NCBI GenBank assembly: GCA_009840165.1
Contig: VXOG01000091.1
Location: 7,914-71,913, forward strand
Source: Chloroflexota bacterium
GTDB lineage: Bacteria > Chloroflexota > Dehalococcoidia > Lucifugimonadales > UBA3495
Direction of reading: 5' to 3'
DNA length: 64,000 nt
Part shown: in pieces, positions 25,983 to 35,055 of the stretch
Position numbering within the stretch: the first letter of the stretch is position 1
How the letters are laid out: each line of letters starts with the position of its first letter
Made by a program: the position numbers and the translations under genes
Notes under the pieces: model-generated
What the model saw: only the letters and a program-made list of their open reading frames with translations
Database searches by the model: none
What the model was told of the DNA's origin: nothing

Positions 25983-27386
25983 ATGGCCTTGTCCAGCGAG
26001 TTGCACTACCTGACTATCGGCGAAGCGGCGCCGCTGATCGCTTCCGGGGAGCTGTCTCCGGTTGAGTTGACGCGCGCGTACTTGGCCCGCATCGACGCCG
26101 TTGATGGGCAACTCGATTCATTCGTCACCATCACTGCGGACTTCGCCCTTTCCCAGGCTCGGCAGGCGGAAGCGGAAATACGCGCCGGCAAGTACCGGGG
26201 ACCCTTGCACGGCATCCCCATCGCCCTCAAAGACCTGTATGACACCGCCGGGATCAGGACCACCGCCATGTCCCGCGTCACGCCGGATCGGGTGCCAGAC
26301 GAGGATGCCACCACCGTCGCCAAGCTCTACGAGGCCGGCGCGGTGTTGCTGGGCAAGCTGGCGATGCACGAATTCGCGCTGGGCGGCCCTGACTTCACCA
26401 GCCTGTTCCCGCCGGCCCGCAACCCGTGGAACACCGCGCACATGCCCGGGGGCAGCAGCAGCGGCTCCGGGGCGGCGGTTGCAGCCGGCTTGTGCATGGG
26501 CGCGTTGGGGTCAGACACGGGCGGCAGCATCCGGGGGCCGGCCTCGATGTGCGGCATCGCCGGCATCAAGCCCACCTTTGGGCGGGTCAGCAACTTCGGC
26601 GTGGTGCCATTGTCATGGTCCCAAGATCATTGCGGTCCGATGACGTGGACCGTGGAGGACTGCGCCATCATGCTCCAGGCCATCGCCGGCTATGATCCGA
26701 AGGATCCCACCACCGCCGACGTTCCGGTGCCCGACTACCTGACCGCCCTGCGCGACGGTGTGCGCGGCCTCACCATTGGCGTGCCTCGGGAGTATTTCTA
26801 CGAGGAGTCCCCGGGCGTGGACGTCCAGGTGATTCAGGCTGCCGAACGCGGGCTGGAAACCCTGTCCGAACTGGGCGCCGAAATTCGGGACGTGGAGATA
26901 CCCCACATCAAGTACGCCCAGACCGCCAATCAGGTCATCATGATGTCCGAGGCTTACTCCTTCCACGAGGCCAACCTCAAGACTCGCCGGCACGACTACG
27001 GGAACCTGGTACGCAGCCGCTTCCTGCTGGGCGGCCTGCTGTCGGCGTCCGACTACAACCAGGCCCTGCGTATGCGCCGGGTCATCAAGGACGAGATGGC
27101 CGAGGCCCTGCACCAGGCCGACGTTCTGGTGACTCCCACCTACGCATCACCCGCGCCGGAAATCGAAGGTTACGCCGGGGCCACTACCCTGACCCAGCCC
27201 AGCTTCACCGGGCCGTTCAACGTGTCCGGGCTGCCGGCGGTGTCAACACCCAGCGGTTTGTCCGATGCCGGGCTACCCATGGGTTTGCAGATAGTGGGCC
27301 GGCCGTTCGACGAAGCAACGGCGCTGCGGGTGGCCCACGCCTACGAACAGACGGCCCGATATATCGACCGGAGACCACCCATGTAG
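25983..27386 (+). CDS. Amidase-signature family enzyme (GatA/AtzE-like)
   Basis: HGIPIALKDLYDTAGIRTT; GGSSSGSGAAVAAGLCMGALGSDTGGSIRGPA. An alternative GTG start exists at 25974. Confidence 0.9.
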   Translation: MALSSELHYLTIGEAAPLIASGELSPVELTRAYLARIDAVDGQLDSFVTITADFALSQARQAEAEIRAGKYRGPLHGIPIALKDLYDTAGIRTTAMSRVTPDRVPDEDATTVAKLYEAGAVLLGKLAMHEFALGGPDFTSLFPPARNPWNTAHMPGGSSSGSGAAVAAGLCMGALGSDTGGSIRGPASMCGIAGIKPTFGRVSNFGVVPLSWSQDHCGPMTWTVEDCAIMLQAIAGYDPKDPTTADVPVPDYLTALRDGVRGLTIGVPREYFYEESPGVDVQVIQAAERGLETLSELGAEIRDVEIPHIKYAQTANQVIMMSEAYSFHEANLKTRRHDYGNLVRSRFLLGGLLSASDYNQALRMRRVIKDEMAEALHQADVLVTPTYASPAPEIEGYAGATTLTQPSFTGPFNVSGLPAVSTPSGLSDAGLPMGLQIVGRPFDEATALRVAHAYEQTARYIDRRPPM

Positions 27387-27512
27387 AGTCAATGTAGGTT
27401 CAACATCAAAAACCCCCAAACCGTCGTAATTGTGTGATGACGATAGGACGACGCCGGGGTATCAATCTTTGCGAGTTCCGATAGGCGCTCAGCAACCATT
27501 GGAGGGAAATTC

Positions 27513-27668
27513 GTGACTACCCAGGTTCAGATCTTCTGTGTCAAATGTAAAGAAAAAACAGATTCACGGGACGTGCAGGGCGTTACCATGAAGAACGGCC
27601 GCCCGGCCACCCAGGCCTTCTGCACTGTCTGCGGCACCAAGAAGTTCCGCATCGGAGCCATGCCGTAG
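27513..27668 (+). CDS. DUF5679-like small zinc-ribbon protein (51 aa)
   Basis: Own translation from GTG (ggaggg RBS): VTTQVQIFCVKCKEKTDSRDVQGVTMKNGRPATQAFCTVCGTKKFRIGAMP*, with CxxC...CxxC. Below the ORF-track size cutoff. Confidence 0.65.
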   Translation: MTTQVQIFCVKCKEKTDSRDVQGVTMKNGRPATQAFCTVCGTKKFRIGAMP

Positions 27669-27700
27669 CGCGCGGAAACGAAACACCGGCCGATGCCTTG

Positions 27701-27733
27701 AGGCGCTCCCTCGTCGGGAGCGCCTTTCTGGTT
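27701..27733 (+). terminator. Rho-independent terminator
   Basis: aggcgctccc-tcgtc-gggagcgcct (perfect 10 bp stem) followed by ttctggtt. Lies 33 nt after the stop at 27668. Confidence 0.7.
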
Positions 27734-27993
27734 GATGTCGCCAAGTGCTATACTGTGCCGACCGATGAGGCAAGGCCCAGGGGGCGACTGAGCGCCTCCA
27801 GGCACAATCATAGGCTTGAACAAGAAATTTATAAAATCAGGTCACACGTATTGACGAACCAGCAAAGATTAGCGTAAAACAATCAACTGCGCCCGGGGCA
27901 ACCTGCTTCCGGCGGCGGAGCAAATCGCGATGCCGCTGCTGAAATCTTTGCTCCGGCTGGCAGGATACCCACGCATTATAAGGAACGAAAATT

Positions 27994-28194
27994 ATGGAAT
28001 GGCCCCTGCAAGCCTACTCGGTCAAGCTCAAGCGGAAGGTCGATATCGCCGAAGACTCCATGGAGTTAGTCACGATGAAGAACGGCCGCCACGCCCTCAA
28101 GGGCGTAGCCGTCGAAGACCGGAGCATCAACGTGTTCCGCATTCTGGGCAACGCCGAAGTTGAAGAAGTACGGGCGAAATTGGCTGAGAAGTAA
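27994..28194 (+). CDS. Cysteine-less paralogue of the DUF5679-like protein (66 aa)
   Basis: QAYSVKLKRKVDIAEDSMELVTMKNGRHALKGVAVEDRSINVFRILG aligns with QIFCVKCKEKTDSRDVQGVTMKNGRPATQAFCTVCGTKKFRIG. All four Cys positions are substituted. aaggaa RBS. Confidence 0.55.
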   Translation: MEWPLQAYSVKLKRKVDIAEDSMELVTMKNGRHALKGVAVEDRSINVFRILGNAEVEEVRAKLAEK

Positions 28195-28232
28195 GACGGA
28201 GCTCCGCCGACTTGGCCCAGCCTTCGGGACGG

Positions 28233-29639
28233 TTAACGGGCTAGCCAGCGCAACACGCGGCCCGTAAGCCCCTGCGTCAACCCGTCCAGGTACGCATCCC
28301 AGCCCACCTGCTGGTTCCCCGTGCCCAAGGACGGGTACGCCTGCATTACTCGCGCTACATCACTCATCTTGAGCCCTTGCTCACCGGCGATAGCCCACGG
28401 CTGTAGCGCCTCGGCGGCGTTTCTCCCCACCACCGTTGCGCCCAGCACGGCGCCGTTGTCCCGGTAGGCCACCTTGATGAATCCTTTGGTCGCGCCATCC
28501 GTAACTGCCCGGTCCACCGACGCCATAGGCAGGGTTGATACCCGCACTTTGTCCGCGAACCGCTGCCGCGCCTGCTCCTCGGTGTAGCCGGCATGCGCTA
28601 CCTCCGGGTCGGTGAACGTGGTCCACGGCGGGTATGCCGGCCGCGCTCGAGATCTCCCGGGCAGCAGCATGTTGCGCACCGCCATCGCGCCCTGGTATCC
28701 GGCGTAGTGGGTGAACTGGAACCCACCCACGCAATCCCCGGCGGCGTAGATGTTTTTCGCGCTGGTACGCAGGTAGTCGTCCACGGTGATGCCGGCCCCT
28801 GTGTAGGTCACTCCTGCGTTTTCCAGATCCAACTCGTCCAAATTTGCCCGCCGGCCAACGGCCACGAGAATCCCATCGCCACGGACATCCGCCCCTCGAG
28901 ATCTGACGGTGATCCCACCTGCCTCGTTCGAACTCACCGAATCCACGGGCGCGCCCAAGCGAAGATCCACCCCATCCCGTCGCAGCGCGTCGGCAACCAT
29001 CTGAGCGGCTTCGGGTTCGTCGTTGGGCAGGATCCGGTCCAGCGCCTCCACCAGCGCCACCTGCGACCCTAACCGCTGGCACGCCTGGGCCAGTTCGCAC
29101 CCTATCGGCCCGCCGCCGACTACAATCAGGCGGGGTGGCAGCGATTCCAACTGCCAGAAGTTCTCGTAGGTCAAATACGGCGTTTCGGCCAAGCCGGATA
29201 TGGGCGGCACAAACGGCGATGCTCCGGTGCAGATCAGGAAGTACCTGGCGGTGATTCGTCGGCCTTCTACGTCAACGGTGTGCGCCTCCTCAAACCGCGC
29301 CCGTCCTTCGACAACCTCAATGCTCTCGGCACGCAGCGCGTCGGGTGATTCGGCGGCGTAGATATCCTCGATGACGCGCCGGATTCTGGCCATTACCGAG
29401 GGGAAATCCACCTCCGGCTCACCAGCGTGGATACCGTATGCTCCACCGTTGCGTATGGTATGGGCTACCCTGGCGGCGTGCAGCAGGGCCTTGCTGGGCA
29501 CACAGCCCGTCCAGGTGCAGTCGCCGCCCACCCGATTCGCCTCAATGAGCGCGACCCGTCGTTCCAACCGCGCCGCGAAACGGGCCGCAGTCAGCCCGGC
29601 GGAACCTGCTCCGATGATAGCCAAGTCATACATTGACAT
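28233..29639 (-). CDS. Class I pyridine nucleotide-disulfide oxidoreductase (dihydrolipoamide dehydrogenase / mercuric reductase-like)
   Basis: 468 aa. YDLAIIGAGSAGLTAA; redox-active GGDCTWTGCVPSK; C-terminal dimerisation domain. Confidence 0.85.
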   Translation of the reverse strand: MSMYDLAIIGAGSAGLTAARFAARLERRVALIEANRVGGDCTWTGCVPSKALLHAARVAHTIRNGGAYGIHAGEPEVDFPSVMARIRRVIEDIYAAESPDALRAESIEVVEGRARFEEAHTVDVEGRRITARYFLICTGASPFVPPISGLAETPYLTYENFWQLESLPPRLIVVGGGPIGCELAQACQRLGSQVALVEALDRILPNDEPEAAQMVADALRRDGVDLRLGAPVDSVSSNEAGGITVRSRGADVRGDGILVAVGRRANLDELDLENAGVTYTGAGITVDDYLRTSAKNIYAAGDCVGGFQFTHYAGYQGAMAVRNMLLPGRSRARPAYPPWTTFTDPEVAHAGYTEEQARQRFADKVRVSTLPMASVDRAVTDGATKGFIKVAYRDNGAVLGATVVGRNAAEALQPWAIAGEQGLKMSDVARVMQAYPSLGTGNQQVGWDAYLDGLTQGLTGRVLRWLAR

Positions 29640-29669
29640 GGATGTACACGATGGAAGGGAGTTTGAGTT

Positions 29670-29697
29670 GTAGGGGAGAATAATTATTCGCGCCTAC
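29670..29697. repeat. Family B palindromic repeat (slightly degenerate)
   Basis: gtaggggagaataattattcgcgcctac, 12 nt downstream of the DctM stop. Confidence 0.85.
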
Positions 29698-29708
29698 GTG
29701 GATGTAAA

Positions 29709-31211
29709 TCAGCGCGGCCCTTTGATTTGGTCGGGCAGCCAGAGGGCCAGGTCGGGGAACACGATAATCAGGCCGATGACGATGGCCATGCACGCCATGA
29801 ACGGCAACACGCCGATATACACGTCGTTGATGGTGCCCGTTTCCACCGCCTGGCCGGTGTCGGCGACCTCCTGGCGCGCTACGTCGTGGCGGGCGCCCTG
29901 CAGCACGTAGAGGCTCAATCCCTGGGGCGGACTGATTTGCGCCGCCTCCAGCAGGATGATCATGATGATGCCGAACCAGAGCAGATCGACCTCGGCGGCC
30001 CGCAGCACGGGGGATATGATGGGCAGGGTCGTCAGCATCATGGAGTACGCCTCCATGAATGTACCCAGCAGCAGGTAGAACACCACCAGGAAAAGCACCA
30101 ACTGCACCGTACTCAGGTTGAAACTGGCCACCCATTCCGCCATCGTTACGGAGATGCGCAGGTAGGCGAAGGCGAACTGCAAGGTGAAGGCCGCCATCAG
30201 GATGAACAGGATCATTGCCGAGGAGCGCGCCGCCGAGACGCAGGCTTCCATGGTCATCGCCACGATGAACCGGCAATAGTTGCGGAAGTGCTCGCCGCTG
30301 AACTGGTACTCCTCCCGCCAGCTTTCCAGGGTTCCCCGCACCTCGGGGGATAGTTGGGCCGCGATGCCCAGGTTCAGCACAAAGGCCGCGATGTTGCCGG
30401 CGAACAGGCGCACGAAGTTGTAGATGATGGCCAACGCCAAAGCTCCGGTCACGCCGAAACCGGCTGCTTCTGAAGGCGTGGTCCAACCGAAATAGATGCT
30501 GCCCAGCACGATGAAAACCAGCGCCAGCACCGGCACCATGAGCACGGTGAACATCAGGCGTTCGACCCAGCCCTCCCAACTCCAGAACCGCGCTCCGGAC
30601 CGTCGCGGCGCGACGGCTGGCCAGATCACCGACGCGATGCCGATCATCAGCATAAATACGCCGGCCAGCAGGATGCCCGGGATGAACCCCGCCAGGAACA
30701 GCCGCCCGATGGACTCCCCGACGGTGAGACCGTAGAGCACCAGCAGGATGCTCGGCGGAATCAGGATTCCCAGGGTGCCGCCGGCCGCCAGGGAACCCAC
30801 CACCAGCCGCTCCTGATAGCCCTGGGCGCGAAAGGACGGCAACGCCACCCGGCTCACCGTGGCCGCCGTGGCGATGCTAGAGCCGGCGCAGGCCGCGAAC
30901 ACCGCGCAACTGGCGATGTTGGTGTGCATCAGGCCGCCGGGTATGAAATCGACCCAGCGGGAGAGGGCGCGGTACATCAGGTCGGCGAACCCTCCGCGCA
31001 GGACGATTTCGCCCATGAGGATGAACAGGGGGATCGCCACCAGGTTAACGTTGGTGTTGGTCTCCCAGGCCCGGTTGCCCATGATGTTCCACACCGGATT
31101 ATCGGAGAATACCTGCAACAGGATCAACGCCAGTGATCCCAGCGCGCCGGCCACGTACATCCCGGCGATAAACATCACGCCCATCAGGACGAAAGCGACG
31201 GCAATCAGCAT
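29709..31211 (-). CDS. TRAP transporter large permease subunit (DctM family)
   Basis: 500 aa, polytopic. GSLAAGGTLGILIPPSILLVLYG is the DctM signature. No DctQ or DctP gene is adjacent. Confidence 0.7.
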   Translation of the reverse strand: MLIAVAFVLMGVMFIAGMYVAGALGSLALILLQVFSDNPVWNIMGNRAWETNTNVNLVAIPLFILMGEIVLRGGFADLMYRALSRWVDFIPGGLMHTNIASCAVFAACAGSSIATAATVSRVALPSFRAQGYQERLVVGSLAAGGTLGILIPPSILLVLYGLTVGESIGRLFLAGFIPGILLAGVFMLMIGIASVIWPAVAPRRSGARFWSWEGWVERLMFTVLMVPVLALVFIVLGSIYFGWTTPSEAAGFGVTGALALAIIYNFVRLFAGNIAAFVLNLGIAAQLSPEVRGTLESWREEYQFSGEHFRNYCRFIVAMTMEACVSAARSSAMILFILMAAFTLQFAFAYLRISVTMAEWVASFNLSTVQLVLFLVVFYLLLGTFMEAYSMMLTTLPIISPVLRAAEVDLLWFGIIMIILLEAAQISPPQGLSLYVLQGARHDVARQEVADTGQAVETGTINDVYIGVLPFMACMAIVIGLIIVFPDLALWLPDQIKGPR

Positions 31212-31382
31212 GGTTCAGTTACGGATTCGTGGGGATTAGACGCGTTGGCATACGAAAACCCCGTCGCCCGGTCCACGGAAGCCTCCCGCTGGCGGCGACG
31301 AGGTGCAAAAGCCCGCGCATGATAGCCGACGCGGTGACCCGTGTCCAGAACGGGACATGCAGGGGCAACTCAGGAATAACAC

Positions 31383-31411
31383 GTAGGGGCAGGTTTGAAA
31401 CCTGCCCCTAC
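31383..31411. repeat. Family C palindromic repeat
   Basis: gtaggggcaggtttgaaacctgcccctac. Followed at 31425-31446 by tccttcgacaggatcaggacga (family F motif, also at 39277-39301). Confidence 0.9.
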
Positions 31412-31494
31412 CGGGCGTGCGGAATCCTTCGACAGGATCAGGACGATTCGTCAGTCTCCCGCCATAGGCGGACGTTCCGCAGGATGAGCGGGAG

Positions 31495-31839
31495 TTACTT
31501 CCCGTCGTCGATGCTGACGGTGATGATGGCGTTGGCGATGAGGGTGCCGTCGCTGCCGTCTTCGTTGAGCAGTTGGAGACCACCGACCACAACGTCCACG
31601 TTGGCGCGGCCGTGGGGCAGGGAGTCGGCTACCTCATCGGCGTTGACCTTGCTCGGTTCCGGCGCGCCGATGGTGACGTTGACCGTCATGTCATCGGCGG
31701 TTGCGCCGACCAGACGGGCGAAGCCGAGGCTGCTGTGGTGAATGGCGTCAAAGACGGCCCGCTTGGCCGCCAGGGTGTAATCGAGGCCATGGACGTCCAC
31801 GCCCATGCCCATTTCAGTAACGCAACGCACGAGAGCCAT
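31495..31839 (-). CDS. Lin0512-family conserved hypothetical protein
   Basis: 114 aa from MALVRCVTEMGMGVDVHGLDYTLAAKRAVFDAIHHSSL (ggagga RBS). Confidence 0.55.
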   Translation of the reverse strand: MALVRCVTEMGMGVDVHGLDYTLAAKRAVFDAIHHSSLGFARLVGATADDMTVNVTIGAPEPSKVNADEVADSLPHGRANVDVVVGGLQLLNEDGSDGTLIANAIITVSIDDGK

Positions 31840-31912
31840 GCTGAATCCTCCTGTGAATTGGGGGTTGGCTGCGGCCATTTAACGGCAGCGTCAACGGCAA
31901 GTCAAGCGCGTG

Positions 31913-31921
31913 TGCTATAAT
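31913..31921 (+). promoter_or_regulatory. Extended -10 promoter element TGCTATAAT upstream of rpmB
   Basis: Perfect TGnTATAAT, about 70 nt upstream of the rpmB start. Related TGCTAGAAT boxes sit at 35947 and 56867. Confidence 0.45.
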
Positions 31922-31993
31922 TCCGCCACAGTCAACTTATCGAGCCGTGATGCCCGTGCAGGCGGGAATATGGCGTTCAAATGGGTAACAATC

Positions 31994-32212
31994 ATGCAGT
32001 GCCAAATGTGCGGAAAGGCCGGGATGACCGGCAACAACGTGAGCCACTCCAACCGCAAGACCAAGACCCGGTGGAAGGCCAACGTCCACAAGCAGACCCT
32101 TGCCATCAACGGCAAGCCCACCCGCGTCAAGATCTGCTCCCGCTGTCTGAGGACGATGTACAAGCCGCCGCGGGGCCCCAAGGCCCGTGCGAGAGCGGCT
32201 GCAACCGGCTAG
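31994..32212 (+). CDS. rpmB: 50S ribosomal protein L28 (Cys-containing form)
   Basis: MQCQMCGKAGMTGNNVSHSNRKTKTRWKANVHKQTLAINGKPTRVKICSRCLR. An in-frame upstream ATG at 31970 is an alternative start. Confidence 0.85.
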   Translation: MQCQMCGKAGMTGNNVSHSNRKTKTRWKANVHKQTLAINGKPTRVKICSRCLRTMYKPPRGPKARARAAATG

Positions 32213-32276
32213 CGCGCGTTGGCCCCCGCCCGGCGGGTCATCACAACCCGAATGCGTGGAATAGGGCAAGGGCGAC

Positions 32277-32792
32277 ATGACCACCGTTCCCGACTTGCCG
32301 CCGGCCGGCGTACAAAGCGACGAGGATCGTCGCCAGATCAGTCGTATCTTTATCGCCCACGCCCGTGAAGAGCTGGCGAATGGCAGCCGGCTACAGGCCG
32401 GTGAAAAGGCTTGGGGCGCAGTGGTGCAGCCGTTCAAAGTCATCGCCGAGCAGCGCGGCTGGCCGCATAAGTCCCACCAAGAAGTTTACGATGTCTCCAG
32501 CCAGATCGCGCTTGAGTACGGATTTGATCACGACCAAAGCCTGGCTCTGTCGGACGCCTACCGCGTCGGCCACCAAAACTTTTACGAAAATTATCACCGC
32601 GCAGAAACGTTGGCTGACATGATTGACCGGGTTGAGGGTTTGCTGCCGTACCTGATTCAGCTGACCATCACGCCGCCACGCCCGTTCACCATCACCAGCA
32701 ACACGCAGTTGCGGCGGTTGCGCCGGCTCACCGGCGACGACGGCCTGGAGATGGGTGATACTTCCCCGGTGGGTTTTTCCCAGAACCAGTAG
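32277..32792 (+). CDS. Hypothetical protein, PaREP1/HEPN-like helical domain (tentative)
   Basis: 171 aa. ...ELANGSRLQAGEKAWGAVVQPFKVIAEQRGWPHKSHQEVYDV...AYRVGHQNFYEN resembles the PaREP1-type pattern (QAsEKaWGA...SH...H.NFYE). Confidence 0.3.
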   Translation: MTTVPDLPPAGVQSDEDRRQISRIFIAHAREELANGSRLQAGEKAWGAVVQPFKVIAEQRGWPHKSHQEVYDVSSQIALEYGFDHDQSLALSDAYRVGHQNFYENYHRAETLADMIDRVEGLLPYLIQLTITPPRPFTITSNTQLRRLRRLTGDDGLEMGDTSPVGFSQNQ

Positions 32793-32810
32793 CCGCCGGC
32801 GCAGGCCGAT

Positions 32811-32834
32811 GGGCGAATAATTATTCGCCCCTAC
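32811..32834. repeat. Family B palindromic repeat
   Basis: gggcgaataattattcgcccctac, between convergent genes and overlapping the rpe stop. Confidence 0.9.
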
Positions 32835-33529
32835 CCACTTCCCGGAGCTAACCCGGCAACGCTTTCCCGCATGGCCGCCATTGCTTCGGCCACCGACTGT
32901 TCGCGGTTGAAGATGGCGGTGCCGGCCACCAGAATGCCAGCGCCGGCAGACACCGAATCGCGAGCGGTCGCATCGGCTTTGACGCCGCCATCGACCTCGA
33001 GTTGCGTGGCGTAACCGTTCTCCTGGACGATCCCGTAGAGGCGGCGCAGCTTGCCCAACGCCGACGGGATGAAGGACTGGCCGCCAAAGCCGGGGTTCAC
33101 CGTCATCACCAGCACGATGTCCAAGTCGGGCAGTACCTCCTCAACCGCTGCGATGGGGGTGGCCGGATTGATGGCGACGCCAACCTGACAGCCCTGCTCC
33201 TTGACGTAGCCGATGGTGCGGTGCAGGTGCGCGCAGGCCTCAGCATGGACCAGAACCTGATCCGTCGCGCCTTTCATCAGGCCGGGCAACAGTCGGTCAG
33301 GTTCATGGACCATCAGGTGCAGGTTGAGCGGCAAATCGGTGGCGCTGCGGATGGCGTCCACCACCACCTCCCCGAATGAGATGTTGGGCACAAAACGGCC
33401 GTCCATGATGTCCACGTGGATCAGGTCGGCGCCGGCAGCGTCAGCGTCCCGCACCTGTTGGGCCAGCCGGCCAAAGTCCGCCGCCAGTACCGACGGAGCG
33501 ATCTGCACATGGGCGGCGGTGGTGGTCAT
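32831..33529 (-). CDS. rpe: Ribulose-phosphate 3-epimerase
   Basis: 232 aa. IAPSVLAADFGRLAQQV...IHVDIMDGRFVPNISFG...MTVNPGFGGQSFI. Confidence 0.92.
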   Translation of the reverse strand: MTTTAAHVQIAPSVLAADFGRLAQQVRDADAAGADLIHVDIMDGRFVPNISFGEVVVDAIRSATDLPLNLHLMVHEPDRLLPGLMKGATDQVLVHAEACAHLHRTIGYVKEQGCQVGVAINPATPIAAVEEVLPDLDIVLVMTVNPGFGGQSFIPSALGKLRRLYGIVQENGYATQLEVDGGVKADATARDSVSAGAGILVAGTAIFNREQSVAEAMAAMRESVAGLAPGSG

Positions 33530-33556
33530 GGGGATGGTCTCCTTGGGGCCGGGATT

Positions 33557-33585
33557 CTGGATTCCCGCTTTCGCGGGAATGACGG
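33557..33585. repeat. Family A palindromic repeat (single copy)
   Basis: ctggattcccgctttcgcgggaatgacgg. Confidence 0.9.
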
Positions 33586-33629
33586 TAGGGGGTGCTGTAA
33601 TGACGGTAGAAGTGCGGGTATGAAGGAGT

Positions 33630-34982
33630 TTATTCCTGTAGTATCTGCTTGGCGCGGGCGAGGCCCTCCGCCACGCGGTTGGGCGCGGTGCCGCCGGGAT
33701 TGTCGCGGGCGGCTACGGACGCGGCGGCGGTGATGGCGTACACGTCATCGTCGAAGTGGGGCGAGAATTTTAGGTACTCGTCCAGCGGCAGTTCCGAAAG
33801 TGATTTGCCCTCAGCCTCACAATGCTGGCACAGCCGGCGCATCACGCCATGGGCCTCGCGGAAGGGAACTCCTTTGCCCACCAGATAGTCCGCCAGATCA
33901 GTGGCCAGCATGTAGCTCTCGCTGGCCAGGGACTCCAAGCGTTCGGTGTTCAGAGTCATGCCGGGGAGCATATCGGCGAACACGCGCAGGGTGGACAGCA
34001 GCGTGTCCACGGTGTCGAAGAACCCCTCCTTGTCTTCCTGCAAATCACGGTTGTAGGTGAGGGGCAGGCCCTTGAGCACGGTGAGGATCCCCATGAGGCT
34101 GCCGTACACGCGGCCGGTCTTGCCCCTGGCGATTTCGGCGAAGTCGGGGTTGCGCTTCTGAGGCATGATGCTGCTGCCGGTGGTGAACTCGTCGGCCAGA
34201 CGCACGAAGTCGAACTCGCGGCTGGACCAGATGACGATCTCCTCGGACAGGCGGGACACGTGCATCATGGTGATGGCCGCCGCCGCGTGGAACTCGGCCA
34301 GGAAATCGCGGTCGGCCACGGCGTCCATACTGTTGGGGCTGATCTCGCTGAACTCCAACGTATCGGCGACGGCGTGGCGGTCGGTGGGATACGGAACGCC
34401 GGCCAGCGCGCCGCTGCCCAGTGGAAGCACGTCCATGCGGGCCGCGCAGTCGGTGAAGCGCCCGATGTCTCGCTGGAACATCTCGAAGTAGGCCAGCATG
34501 TGATGGGCGAACAGCACCGGCTGGGCGCGTTGCAGGTGGGTGTAGCCGGGCATGACGACGTTGGAGTGACGCTCGGCAAGTTGCGTCAGCGCGCGCTGAA
34601 CGTCGCGCAGGGCGGCCACGGCGTCGGCGATGGCCTGGCGGGTGTAGAGGCGCATGTCCAGCGCGATCTGGTCGTTGCGGGAACGCCCGGTGTGCAGGCG
34701 GGCACCGGCAGGGCCGATGAGGTCGGTGAGCCGGCGCTCGATGTTCATGTGCAGGTCTTCGAGGGCGGGATCCCAGGGGAAGTCGCCGCGCTCGATCTCG
34801 TCCTGCACTTTGCCCAAGCCGGCGATGATGCGGTCGGCGTCGTCCTGGGTGATGATGCCCTGCTTGGCCAGCATGGCGGCGTGGGCTTTCGAGCCGGCGA
34901 TGTCCTGGCGGTACAGCCGCCGGTCGTAGTGGATGGAAACGGTGTAGTCGGTGTGATCGTTCATTTGGGGTTGGTGGGCCAC
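33630..34982 (-). CDS. argH: Argininosuccinate lyase
   Basis: 450 aa. DIAGSKAHAAMLAKQGI; signature GSSIMPQKRNPD. Confidence 0.92.
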   Translation of the reverse strand: MAHQPQMNDHTDYTVSIHYDRRLYRQDIAGSKAHAAMLAKQGIITQDDADRIIAGLGKVQDEIERGDFPWDPALEDLHMNIERRLTDLIGPAGARLHTGRSRNDQIALDMRLYTRQAIADAVAALRDVQRALTQLAERHSNVVMPGYTHLQRAQPVLFAHHMLAYFEMFQRDIGRFTDCAARMDVLPLGSGALAGVPYPTDRHAVADTLEFSEISPNSMDAVADRDFLAEFHAAAAITMMHVSRLSEEIVIWSSREFDFVRLADEFTTGSSIMPQKRNPDFAEIARGKTGRVYGSLMGILTVLKGLPLTYNRDLQEDKEGFFDTVDTLLSTLRVFADMLPGMTLNTERLESLASESYMLATDLADYLVGKGVPFREAHGVMRRLCQHCEAEGKSLSELPLDEYLKFSPHFDDDVYAITAAASVAARDNPGGTAPNRVAEGLARAKQILQE

Positions 34983-35010
34983 CGTTCAGCGGTAGATCGT
35001 TGTTGCTTCT

Positions 35011-35037
35011 TAGGGGCGAATAATTATTCGCCCCTAC
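35011..35037. repeat. Family B palindromic repeat
   Basis: taggggcgaataattattcgcccctac, 19 nt downstream of the stop of 35056..35871. Confidence 0.9.
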
Positions 35038-35055
35038 ACGGCTGGCGCGAACGGC

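Noticed and set aside
13734-27458. Shared 11-mer gataggacgac in two AT-rich upstream regions (13735 and 27448), considered as a possible operator.
   Set aside because: Hundreds of chance 11-mer coincidences are expected in 64 kb on both strands. There is no further similarity around the match.
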